This document shows, piece after piece, positions 1 to 11,976 of a stretch of DNA of 64,000 bases (position 1 is the stretch's first letter; the number at the start of each line of letters is the position of its first letter). The notes beneath the pieces are model-generated. The model saw nothing but the letters and a program-made list of their open reading frames with translations. It was not told the origin of the DNA and searched no databases. The translations under genes and the position numbers were made by a program. Location: positions 22,112,001 through 22,176,000 of the forward strand of contig CP068257.2 of NCBI GenBank assembly GCA_009914755.4. Reading direction: 5' to 3'. Source of the stretch: the human T2T-CHM13v2.0 reference genome, Homo sapiens.

Positions 1-167
1 TAAAAGGAATTGAGAAACACTTTCTATTTTTCTTTAGGTTTAAGTATGTTTAAAATAACATAAGTTAGATAAGAACTTTAGCATATATCCATTATGTTTT
101 CTTATCACTCACTTAGTATGTAAAATAATACAAATAATTTGCAATTTTGGAACATCAATAACTATAG

Positions 168-553
168 GTGCCCCAGGGATATTGATCTAGATTTCAGGTA
201 TACTCACCCCTGGGTATACTCAGGGGATTATTTCCCACAGTATCTCCTTAGGATACCAAAATCCACTGATATTTAGTTCTTGCTGTAAAATGGTGTAGCA
301 TTTGCATATAACCTATGCGCATCCTCTTTATATTTTAAATCATCTATAGATTACTTATAATACCTTGTATAATGTAAGTGTTATGTAAATGGTTGTTATA
401 TTGCATTGTTTAGGGAATAACGACAAGAACAAAGGTCTGTACATGTTCAGTACAGATGCAATCATTCATTATTTTTCTAAATATTTTCAATCTGCAGTTG
501 GTTGAATCCACAGATGTGGAAACCACAGATGCAGAGGGCTGCCTCTATAACAG
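168..553. repeat. Ancient interspersed repeat, family not confidently named; ends carry 'ccacagatg...ggaaaccacagatgcagagggc' motifs that I recall from a common human repeat consensus with 'ccgcggatgc' ends
   Basis: Sequence resembles a repeat consensus I recognise but cannot name; CpG-decayed (cgcgg->cacag). Followed by a (T)24 tract. Confidence 0.3.
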
Positions 554-554
554 T

Positions 555-578
555 GTTTTTTTTTTTTTTTTTTTTTTT
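555..578. repeat. Poly(T) mononucleotide tract, (T)24
   Basis: Directly visible homopolymer. Confidence 0.95.
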
Positions 579-1349
579 GGTAGCACGTCAAGCCTACATG
601 ACAGTGTAGATTTGCTTCCATTTAAGTCCTGGAGCAAAGCCTAACATTTTACTATTTTTCAGGAATTCAGCAGACAGAGGCCTGAGAGTTTGCTTAATGA
701 GGAGCTGTAACACCTGAGATCTATGACTGCTGAATTCCGTTCACCGTAGTGAACATAAAATCAAACTGGACTTGAAGGATAATGTGCTTCCACGGCTGTG
801 CGACTGAGTGAGAACTGAACCCTTGGGTAGTCGAGGATAGGAGCATGAGCAGGTAACTGAGAACGAGGGGAGGAGAGGCTAGAGCATGGAATTTCGGTGT
901 TTTGGGTTAACATTTCAACACAGAAATCAAGGTTTTGCTTCCTTTTACTCAAGTAGACCCCACTAGCTGAAACTAGTATTTTGTCACCTTTACTAGATTT
1001 TCCATTCTTTGGCAGTCCCACATTACTTGAAAACCACTGGGATGTACAATTATGAGCCGAAAAAGAAATTTACCACTCATTTGAGGAGACTCAGAAAACT
1101 GAAAGAAGAAGATTAAGCTAAATGCTTGGAACAGGTCACTTCCATCATTAGAAGAAACGACAAATGAAACAGACTTTAAATAATGCCAGTCTTGGTTAGA
1201 TTGCTTATAGAGTTAAGATTGGGGTATGAAAAAGACTTTCTCACATTTTTAAACAATGATTTTAAAATTTAAAACTACAGTAGACTAATTGAAAACAGGA
1301 TACTTACTTTTGTGAAATTTGAATCATATGATTAGATTAGTGGCCTTAA

Positions 1350-1352
<3 letters not shown>

Positions 1353-1395
<43 letters not shown>

Positions 1396-1681
1396 GACGC
1401 AGTTTCACTCTTCTTGCCCAGTATGGAATGCAATGCGCAGTCTCGGCTCACTGCAACCTCCACCTCCCGGGTCCAAGTGATTCTCTTGCCTCAGCCTCCT
1501 GAGTAGCTGGGATTACAGGCGCCTGACACAATGCCTGGCTATTTTTTTTTTTTTAATTTTTAGTAGAGACAGGATTTTACCATATTGGCCAGGCTGGTCT
1601 TGAACTCCTGAGCTCAAGTGATCTGTCTGCCTCAGCCTCCCAAAGTGCTGGGATTACAGGCATGAGCCACCGTACCCGGCC
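1353..1681 (-). mobile_element. Alu SINE, full length, minus orientation; poly-T (=A-tail) of ~42 nt at the left end
   Basis: Reverse complement of the Alu consensus: '...ggcatgagccaccgtacccggcc' at the right end, 'tttttt...gagacgcagtttcactcttcttgcccag' at the left. Confidence 0.93.
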
Positions 1682-1939
1682 AAGATTTCATAATCACATA
1701 TCCACATAAAATATTTTAAAGCTGTGTGCCTTCCTTCACATTTTTATGGTTTCTCTCTAAAATGAACTGTTCTAAGCTTAAGAAATTAAATATTGTACAA
1801 TTTTCACATAATTGTAAATATTATAAAATAATATATTCATGTAATCATTAATATTAAAAATTTGCTATTGTATATCAAAACACCACAAAAATTAATTTTA
1901 ATTTAAAAAGTATTTTTCTTTTTTTTAGTTGGAAATTTT

Positions 1940-2205
1940 ATTTTATTTTATTATTTTGTTTTATTATTATTATACTTTAAGTTTTAGGGTACATGTGCAC
2001 AATGTGCAGGTTAGTTACATATGTATACATGTGCCATGCTGGTGTGCTGCACCCATTAACTCGTCATTTAGCATTAGGTATATCTCCTAATGCTATCCCT
2101 CCCCCTCCCCCCACCCCACAACAGTCCCCAGAGTGTGATGTTCCCCTTCCTGTGTCCATGTGTTCTCATTGTTCAATTCCCACCTATGAGTGAGAACATG
2201 CGGTT
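1940..2205 (-). mobile_element. L1 (L1PA-like) 3'-end fragment, minus orientation
   Basis: 'ttattatactttaagttttagggtacatgtgcacaatgtgcaggttagttacatatgtatacatgtgccatgctggtgtgctgcacccattaactcgtcattt...' is the reverse complement of the L1 3' UTR/ORF2 end. Confidence 0.9.
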
Positions 2206-2577
2206 CTTTAACAGTTAGAAATTTTATAATGACCCTTTTTCTTCTTGAGCTCACAATTTCATTCTACTTCTTTCAGAGAATTCTATACCACAGTAAAATA
2301 TTAGATAATTGTAATTATTTTCGATGACAATTTTAAATATTTTTTGCTACCAGATACGTAAAATATGAATGTGAAGTGAAAAAAATTTTTTTTAAATTCT
2401 TGCCCCATAAGACATTTAGTATTATGAAACCAAACATTATTTTGGTTTGAGGTGTCATTTTAGTTATTAATGTAGACTGCTGATCATAACATAAATATAT
2501 TACGTAACTTTATATATGATTATAGATTATCAATGCCTAAACATTTTAGAACTGCACACCACTTACAAAGGTAAATG

Positions 2578-2895
<318 letters not shown>

Positions 2896-3277
2896 TCAAT
2901 AGTTCATTTGGTCCTATATGGCTATCAATTCCTGTTAGCGTGACACAGGCTTCAGAACTAAGTATCTCCATAATTTCAGTTTTTACTAATGTAACATTGA
3001 GAAATTTTGTTTCATATACCTAAGCGCATATGAATGGGAGGTACCTCACTGTACAATGTCACTCAACAAAATGTCAAAGAGAATACAGTGCTCTATTATA
3101 CGATTTGTCCAAAATGATTATTCAACTGACAAATCAATTCACTCTTCCTCCTATTATGTTGAAAACGACATACTGGAAATATATGATAAACAAAACAATT
3201 TATTTCTCAGTCACTAGATGTAACCATTGGACAACATCGTTTAGGAATAAACAATGATATTGAAAATAAAAACAAGA

Positions 3278-3739
<462 letters not shown>

Positions 3740-3769
3740 TCAAGTTATATTTATCCTTTAAGATTTTGT

Positions 3770-3880
3770 ATAAGGCATGTATCTATGTCTATGCATGTAT
3801 GTGTCTATGCATACATATATAATATACAGTATTTTATGTATATGATTGTGTGTGTATATATATAATATTAAAACAAAATA
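3770..3880. repeat. Low-complexity (TATG/CATA/TA)n-rich simple repeat
   Basis: 'gtatctatgtctatgcatgtatgtgtctatgcatacatatataatatacag...tgtgtgtatatatataat'. Confidence 0.8.
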
Positions 3881-4245
3881 AAAGCCAATACATTTTAAAA
3901 AAACATAATTATACAGTCTAACATTAGTACTAAGAAGACTTAGATAAAGCAATTAATCTAAAATATACAAGGGGGCAAGTCAGAAGGCACACATATTTGG
4001 TCTTCAAAGATTATAAAATTTTGCAGACTTTTCCATATTGAATATTTAAAAAATCAAATAATATTAGAGCTAAACACAATGCATTCCAGTTACTGCCAAA
4101 ATAGAGCAAAATTTCTACTGAAGAAACCTGTTTGTATTTGTGCAAATTGAGGGCATGACATCAGACAAATTAGATATGGTAAGTTCTAAAGGACACTGTT
4201 ACAAAACTATACTTTATGCAAATGTGCTTGCATAAAAACAATTTC

Positions 4246-4793
4246 CTGCACCCATCAACTCGTCATTTAACATTACGTATATCTCCTAATGCTATCCCTC
4301 CCCCCTCCCCCCACCCCACAACAGGCCCCGGTGTGTGATGTTCCCCTTCCTGTGTCCATGTGTTCTCATTGTTCAATTCCCACCTATGAGTGAGAGCATG
4401 CGGTGTTTGGTTTTTTGTCCTTGAGATAGTTTGCTGAGAATGATGGTTTCCAGCTTCATCCATGTCCCTACAAAGGACATGAACTCATCATTTTTTATGG
4501 CTGCATAGTATTCCATGGTGTATATATGCCACATTTTCTTAATCCAGTCTATCATTGTTGGACATTTGGCTTGGTTCCAAGTCTTTGCTATTGTGAATAG
4601 TGCTGCAATAAACATACATGTGCATGTGTGTTTATAGCAGCATGATTTATAATCCTTTGGGTATATACCCAGTGATGGGATGGCTGGGTCAAATGGTATT
4701 TCTAGTTCAAGATCCCTGAGGAATTGCCACACTGACTTCCACGATGGTTGAACTAGTTTACAGTCCCACCAACAGTGTAAAAGTGTTCCTATT
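4246..4793 (-). mobile_element. L1 (L1PA-like) ORF2-3'/3'UTR segment in inverted orientation; this is the 5' inverted part of a twin-primed L1 insertion
   Basis: Reverse complement of the L1 sequence from '...gggtgcag' back through '...cagtcccaccaacagtgtaaaagtgttcctatt'. See finding. Confidence 0.85.
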
Positions 4794-4880
4794 GCACACC
4801 AACATGGCACATGTATACATATGTAACTAACCTGCACATTGTTCACATGTACCCGAAAATTTAAAATATAATAAAAAAAA
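4794..4880 (+). mobile_element. L1 3'-terminal segment in direct orientation with poly(A); this is the 3' part of the same twin-primed insertion
   Basis: 'gcacaccaacatggcacatgtatacatatgtaactaacctgcacattgttcacatgtacccgaaaatttaaaatataataaaaaaaa' is the very 3' end of the L1 3' UTR. It starts exactly where the inverted segment's L1 coordinates end. Confidence 0.85.
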
Positions 4881-5599
4881 TTCCTTATAAAATGTAAAAT
4901 TATCTTTTTGTCAGCAGAACCATCAGTTTTTTTGTTTTGCTTTTATGCCTCCTATATTAAGAAGATCATCTCACATAGCAAAGCTATCTGCTAAAAAGCT
5001 TTCTCTTTCACCGACCCCATGTGAAACATTGTACACCTTTTTCTGGGCCAAAGTACTTAATGTGAATGTTATACAGGAAAGTGTAAAATAATACACCATT
5101 AATTTTACACTACATTTTGATATCAGAGCTACCCTGGCTCCCAGAGAATGAACAACTGTCAGGAAAGTTTCTTTCAGGAGGAAGGGCAGAGAAAGATCAT
5201 AAGCCAGGGAGACAGAGGAAGCTAGATCCTTATCCAGGAGCTAACTCCAACACAAACCAGTTCTGACACCCTGAGACACCCGTAACCTTCCTAAGTCTCA
5301 GTCTCTTTATCTACAAAGTGTGTTTTGTTAGCTTTAAAAGATTCAATACAGGCAAAGTGTCACAAGTAAATGTAAGTTATAAACTTTATTTCAGAGACCT
5401 GGAAGGCATACCAAGGCAAACAGAAGAGCTGCAGCAAATGAAGACAGTGTGGTATTGGCAAAATAAGAGGCAAACAGATCAAATATTCAGTAGTCACATG
5501 TGGCTAGTGGCTACTGTATTGGACAGTACAGCTGTTTAGTATTTATTTATTCATTCTACTGTTATTATGTGAGTTCTTTCTACTTTGGAGATATTACTA

Positions 5600-5777
5600 T
5601 TAATGTTCCTAGGAACATTCTAATACTTGTTTTTAGTGTTTATTTGTATGTGTCTCTGTTGCATATGTATGCAGAAGTGGAATTGCTGGCTTATAGATTA
5701 TCATATGTTCAACTTCATAAGTTACAGGCAAACAATATTCCAAAGTGGTTGTATCAATTTCCCTCCTACCAGCAGTG
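5600..5777 (-). mobile_element. Older L1 (L1M/L1PB-like) ORF2 fragment, inverted orientation
   Basis: 'gcagaagtggaattgctggcttatagattatcatatgttcaacttcataagttacaggcaaacaatattccaaagtggttgtatcaatttccctcctaccagcagtgtgcaaa' matches the antisense strand of the old-L1 consensus ('gggattgctgggtcatatgg...cattcccaccagcaatgtatgag'). Confidence 0.7.
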
Positions 5778-5794
5778 TGCAAATTAATTTAAAA

Positions 5795-6470
5795 ATTATG
5801 TCTACACAAAAACCTGCACACAGATATTTATAAATGCCTTATCATAACTGCTAAAACTTGGAAGCAACCAGCATGCCCTTCAATAGGTGAATGGATACAT
5901 AACTCATGGTATAGCCAAAAATGAAGGATTTAGTTATGTATTCAAGATTCATAATAAATGAGCTGTCAAGCCATGAACAGACATGGAGGAAACTTAAATG
6001 CATATTACTAAGTGATAGAAGCCAATCTGAACAGTCTATCTCCTGTATACTTTTAACTATTTGACATTCTGGAAAAGGCAAGACTAAGGAGATATTCAAA
6101 AGATCACAGTTTCCAGAGGGAAACCATGGGGAAGGCAGGGGATGAATAGCTGGAGCACAGAAGATTATTAGGACAGTGAAATTATTCTGTATGATACTAC
6201 TATGGTGGACACATACAGAGTACAATGGTCTAGACTCATACATGGTACAATACCAAGAGTAAACCCTAACATCAGTTATGAACTCTGGGGATAATGAAGT
6301 GTCAGGTTGGGTTCATTGATTGTAACAAATGTCCCACTCGGGTGCTGTGGGATGTTGATAATGGAAGAGGCTGCATATTTGTGGGGACACAGTAAATGAG
6401 AATCTCTGCATTTTTGCTCAATTGCTGTGACGCTAAAGCTTCTCAAAAATAAGCTATTAAAAAACTAAAT
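5795..6470 (+). mobile_element. Older L1 (L1MA/L1PB-like) ORF2 end plus 3' UTR with poly(A), direct orientation
   Basis: '...cttggaagcaaccagcatgcccttcaataggtgaatggataca...gccatgaacagacatggaggaaacttaaatgcatattactaagtga...aaaggcaagactaaggagat...gttgataatggaagaggctgcatatttgtggggacacag...ctaaagcttctcaaaaataagctattaaaaaa' is the typical L1MA-type 3' end in sense orientation. Confidence 0.8.
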
Positions 6471-7942
6471 AAATCCTTTAAATGGTAATATAGTGGAATA
6501 ATGACATTTTATAGGCAAAATGACATAAAGAAAATATTGATATATCTGATATCAACATTTCCATTTTCACAGATTTACTTATATATGGGATTATGGTTAA
6601 TTGATGGTAAAATGTTATTTGCAAATTATAAGAATTTTTTAACCTATTGTTAATAGGTAATAAGGCCTGATGCTACAACAGGCAAAAGATTTAAAAGAGT
6701 ATAAAGTGAAAAGCTTGATGATAACTGTGGCTCGCTTTATCATCAAACTTTTGTTACCTCATCAACGATTCAGTGAACATATGCTATTTGCTAGCATTGT
6801 CAAAGTACATGAAGAAAATGAATCTCCTAGTATATCAAAACATTACAGCGAATGTTATAGACAAAATTGGAGACTTACGCTACATGATTGTACTTGCTTC
6901 AGAAGAGAATATGAATAAATGAAAAGAAAATTTGTTAGTTTTTTTTTTCAAGAGATTCTCCAGAGAGGAAGAAAAAACAGTTTGCACCATAAAAAATAAG
7001 CAAGAATAATTTTAGCTGAAGACTAGAACAGGATAACTAGATGAGCTAACCCAAAAGAGGGGCTACTCAAAATTTAGTTAGTTGTGAATTTCATCCAAAC
7101 ATTTATTTGTCAACTATGATTTACTAGTTGTTGTATTAGACATTGAAGATACAAAAGTCAGTAATTACAGAGGAGCCTACTGCATAGTGAGATAGTAACA
7201 CAAACACATGATTGTAATACAATTGTAATATTATTTAAGCATAAAGCCCAGTGCATCCTGATAACTTTTAGTAGTTGCTGTTAAATACTAAATGCCAGAC
7301 ATATTAAGTATTTACTTTTAAGATCTCCTGTGTCTGTGGCCTCCTATTCTTATTACTCCTCTGGTGGTAGTTTTATTACTAGCTCAGGGGCCTAGCTGAT
7401 CCATATAGCAGTGCATGAATTTCTGTAAAGCTATTTGTATAAAGAATCTCAAAGCCCATCATCTGGGTTTAGGGAATTGAGCCATTACAAGATTGCAAGA
7501 TCACCTAGTTTTGTTCCCCCGGATATTTCTTTAATAACTCTTTACTATGCTCACTTTAGGAGTAGAGACGCCAAAGTTGCAACTGAATCTGTCATGCTCT
7601 GCTTTACTTTGAGGTAGAGAAAAGGTCTATTGACTCTTAATAGGTGCAAAAATTCTGTATATATGTTGGAGAATTTTGAGCAGACATCTCACATCTAAGT
7701 GAAAGAGTTGAAACTGAAGTAACAGGAGAATTTTGCAAAAACACTTAATTCATCTGCATAAGTCACTCTGCTAGAATATAAAAGGGACACCTGTACACAT
7801 AGGACACATGAGACCTGATAAGAAGACAAAAATCTGTGACTTTCAGTTATGTAATTCAGGGTAACGATATGAAGCTTGTTTAATAAAATGATCTGGAGAC
7901 TAGAATGAAATGCAACTGAGATAAAGATCCCAACTTAACTTT

Positions 7943-8630
7943 TAAAACTTACACTCTTTTTGTTTGTTTGTTTGTTTGTTTTTATTATACTTTAAGTTTT
8001 AGGGTACATGTGCACAACATGCAGGTTAGTTACATGTGTATACATGTGCCATGCTGGTGTGCTGCACCCATTAACTCGTCATTTAACATTAGGTACTAAA
8101 GGTCATTATTTTTGAGTCTGTCTTTATCTCTAAGCGCTGACTATTCACAGATATTTAAAGTTCTGAAAGCCTTTTTCCCTCTTTCTCTCTCTCTCTCACT
8201 CTTGAATGTGTCCTTTTGAGCTTTGACTATAAATGTAAAAAGAAAGAATAGCAGCTTTTATGTATTTAAATACAGTCCAAGGTAGTCAGTCATCTCCTGG
8301 TTCTAATTTCATACGATGATCTGAGCTTAGATCACTCTTCAATCTTTAGATAAGTTTTTAAAAACAGAGGCAAAATTAACACATTTTAGATAAACCTATG
8401 TACAGTTTTAATTTTTGAGAAGAGGAGGGAAAGGAACTTAACTACTTAGTGCATCTGTGGTAAGACAAGTTGTCATCCTTGTTGGTATCCATTACAAAAA
8501 AGTCAATTGCAAATGGTTTTGTATTTCTTAGTTGTACAAAAATCTGGGTCTGTGTTTCTACATGTTTTTCAACTAATAAAAAGCTTGTAAAACTAAAAAA
8601 ATAAAAATAAAAATAAAACTTACACTCTTT
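7943..8630 (+). mobile_element. Composite retro-insertion flanked by a perfect 17-bp TSD 'taaaacttacactcttt': inverted L1 3' end (7961-8095), then ~518 bp of non-L1 sequence ending in AATAAA plus poly(A). Candidate twin-primed L1 3'-transduction
   Basis: Identical 17-mers at 7943-7959 and 8614-8630. (TTTG)n/poly-T plus reverse-complement L1 3' UTR at the left. AATAAA at 8575-8580 with an A-rich tail from 8594 to 8614 at the right. The target looks like tttt|aaaa, as expected for L1 endonuclease. Confidence 0.6.
7961..8095 (-). mobile_element. L1 (L1PA-like) 3'-end fragment, minus orientation, with a (TTTG)n tail remnant
   Basis: 'ttgtttgtttgtttgtttgtttttattatactttaagttttagggtacatgtgcacaacatgcaggttagttacatgtgtatacatgtgccatgctggtgtgctgcacccattaactcgtcatttaacattaggta'. 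Confidence 0.9.
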
Positions 8631-9504
8631 GAAGGAAAGTTTTCCCTCCTATAAAAAGAGCTTATGAGGTAAATTTAGAGGACTTTAGGAATAAATACTA
8701 TAACATCTGTTGTTTAATATATATGACAGTATTTGTTTAATATATATCACAGGTTTACTTCGAATGCTTCTGGATAAATTAGGAAAAAAAATGGCTATGA
8801 TGGACAGTGGAAGGTTTGAATTTAGTTACATTTCAGTGATGGAATTATCAATCCAAAAGACATGTAAAATCATGTAACGTACAAATTAAGTAAACTGGGT
8901 GGGGGAGAAAGCAAAAAATGAAAAACTATAGCAAAAAATGGAAGAGTAAAATATTTTCAGAAAACACATACTAGATAAAAAGAAGACAATGGAGAGAGAA
9001 CCTATACAACGGAGGTGCGACATAATTAATATCCTGGACAGAAGGAAACGGCTGTGTCAGGGTCACCTGCATACTGGGACAGGCAGAGTGAAGAAAACAG
9101 TGGAAGCTTTTTCTTCTTTCATTTGTTAAAGTTAGCTGTTTAGCTTTATAAAGATATCCCTAGGAATATGACATTGTAACTTTTCTCTGGCTTTGTGCTT
9201 TCTTAGATACTAAATTCTGCCTTGTGGTGACGAAAATTAATGGCATAAATGCATTCATAAAGGAAGTTATTAAAGAGTTATGTGACTGAATTACAAGTAA
9301 GGATTATTATACTTGCAAGTTCATAATGTAAATTTTTAAAAAAAAAACATAATACAGAAAGGGCGTGGCTTCTAAAAACACAGTCCCGAGAAGAGTTGTA
9401 CAATTCATAAGGATATCTAAGCTGTGTATAAGTAGTTTGTGTAAGTGCTTGACTTTCCATAATTTTGATCCTGTAGTAATTTTTTTAAAAAATTAAAGGC
9501 CGTA

Positions 9505-9812
9505 GGGACATGGATGAAGCTGGAAACCCATCATTTTGAGCAAACTATCGCAAGGACAGAAAACCAAACACCGCATGTTCTCACTCATAGGTGGGAATTG
9601 AACAATGAGGACACTTGGACACATGGTGAGGACTATCACACACTGGGGCCTGTCGTGGGGTGGGGGGAATGGGGAGGGATAGCATTAGGAGATATACCTA
9701 ATGTAAATGGTGAGTTAATGGGTGCAGCACACCAACATGGCACATGTATACATATGTAACAAACCTGCACGTTGTGCACATGTACCCTAGAACTTAGAGT
9801 ATAATAAAAAAA
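9505..9812 (+). mobile_element. L1 (L1PA-like) 3'-end insertion (+) with poly(A) and ~15-bp TSD 'aaaaaattaaaggcc'
   Basis: 'gggacatggatgaagctggaaacccatcattttgagcaaactatcgcaaggacagaaaaccaaacaccgcatgttctcactcataggtgggaattgaacaatgag...gggagggatagcattaggagatatacctaatgtaaatggtgagttaatgggtgcagcacaccaacatggcacatgtatacatatgtaacaaacctgcacgttgtgcacatgtaccctagaacttagagtataataaaaaaaa'. TSD copies at ~9487-9501 and ~9806-9820, preceded by TTTTTT. Confidence 0.92.
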
Positions 9813-11976
9813 ATTAAAGGCCATATATTTACTTTAGAATGTAATGAATTCTTGAAAACAGAAAGACTAAGAGTTGATCAATCTGGTGAAGGCATCATCC
9901 TTTATTGTGTATAAAGTTTGTTTAGGGGAAGCACTGTTCCTTGAGGAGCTGATAGAGTCAATGTTTAACAGTAGGGATTCTATCCCCATGTTTTCTTATC
10001 TTGGAGATTGAGGGGGTGAAAGTGTCACTGTGTCTGCTGGAGAGCTCAGATTTAAATTAAATATTAGACCACAATAATTTTATGATCATAGGTTTCTAGG
10101 TGTTTGGTATTTTTATTACTCTATTTCTACAGGGTTTGTTTGTTTTGATAGCTGTCATTTTAATTGTTTGGCTTTATCATACATTATCTCCACTCCCCTT
10201 TAGAATTGTGCCAGACTAGAGGAAATGAGGATAAATCTGGAAGAGAGAGAAGAAGAGAGAGGTAGAGGAAATAAAATTATTGACTTTGGATCATTTTTGA
10301 TACAAATAGTAACAGAAAGATATTTTTATTAAACATTCCTGGTACACGTGAACTTAAAATGTGGCATATATATATGCTGACATCCTATTAGGTATTTTTC
10401 ATATCATTCATGTGCTAGATGAAATAGAATGAGAATTAGAATGAAGCAAAACATACCAGATTATGTAAATAACAGTGAGAAAGATTGTGGAGTGAGTGAG
10501 TTAATAAAAAATCCCTGAGCACCAAATCTGCTTCTGAGCCTTAGGTTAAGCATTGGAATGATTTCATCCAGAGTTAAAAATTTATCTTTGAATTAAATAT
10601 CTAAAGGGATACCTCAGAAGACTAAAATTAGAACCCTAGTTTCCTTCCAAGGGAAAAGATCAAATACATGTACAAACTTACATGTCCTTGTAATTGAGTA
10701 ACCTTCAGTTTGATTGAGAATTTAACACTGTAAATAAAAGGTAAGTTTTAATTTACCAGCTCCGTATGGGTTGTTGGAGAATTAAATCATTTTGGGGAGC
10801 CCATATTTGCATAACACAATTTATTATTTGTAATTAACTAACCTTTACAAAGTTCCATTTTTAATTTCCTCCTGTCAAGATATCTGGAAAATGCAAAGTT
10901 AATAAGCATTGCATATAAGGGACTGCGTTATTGTAGAAGCTTTGGTAAGCATTGGATGGATGAAACAGGCAAATCCCAAGTTAATTAAAGAGTTGTCAAC
11001 CCATCACATTGTTCACTTGAAAACATGTGGAGAAATATTTTATATTATTTCTAAGTAACAACATACATAAGTTATCATTTCGTAGAGTAATAAGCTAAAG
11101 TAACATTGACCAGCACTGTTTGATCAGCATTGTTTTCTTCTAGTCCTTCCTATTTTGTGAGCACCAAACATTCATAGCCGAGCAAAACCTAAATTAAAAT
11201 CAGATTATTAGATATAGTATATATATAATGATAAAATCCAATTAGGATATTATATTCTATCATTGGTATATATACATATATATTTTTGGACAATATTTTC
11301 AATAGGATGGGAAACAGTTAATCTCTACAGCACAAAAATTGATTACAGTGTTTTGACAATGATGGTTTCCATCACAATAGGATTATTATACTTTGTGTTT
11401 TGAGCAGAGAGAATTATAAATTATTATAAGTGATTAAAAACCAGTCAAAGTCGTGCAATGCTATGGAATCCATCAAACTAGAGGGTCCTTTACACCATGC
11501 CAGCACTCCACCAAAAGGATACCTAGAAATTTATTTTGCCTACTTCCAAGTCTAATAAAAATAATTAAAATTGACATTCTCACATTTGTTTTTTTCCTCC
11601 TTTTAATATTCTCGGCTAATAAGAAATATTGATGCTTCTTGGGATTTAATGGGTTTATTTTTAATAAGAAAAAAAAACAAAAGCAATTACAAAGAAAACA
11701 TCCATCCCCTACCCCCGACCTCAGAGTGTTATCAAGCTCTGCTTGATGCTTTATCTAACCATTATAGTACATAGAAACAAAAACAGTAGTAGTAGTTGGC
11801 CATATGAATCTAAATTAGATCCAATGCTTTGTGGGACTGTAGGAGGTCTTCTATGTCAGTTTCTTGAATGTACATATGAGACACCCACAAGATCAAGTGC
11901 GCAAGCTAGTGTAGCCATTCATGTCTTTCTATTTTACTAGGTTACTAACTTTTCTCAATATTTTAGTCTTTTTACT

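Noticed and set aside
4373-4846. 157-aa minus ORF 'MNNVQVSYICIHVPCW...'
   Set aside because: It is a degenerate L1 ORF2 C-terminal fragment read from the inverted L1 segment of the twin-primed insertion. It is a fragment of a retrotransposon protein, not a cellular gene.
5440-5535. 'cagtagtcacatgtggctagtggctactgtattggacagtacagc' motif that I associate with a known MER-type DNA-transposon consensus ('ggccacatgtggctattgagcacttgaaatgtggctagt...')
   Set aside because: Only a ~90-bp fragment and I cannot name the family with confidence. Not listed as a feature.
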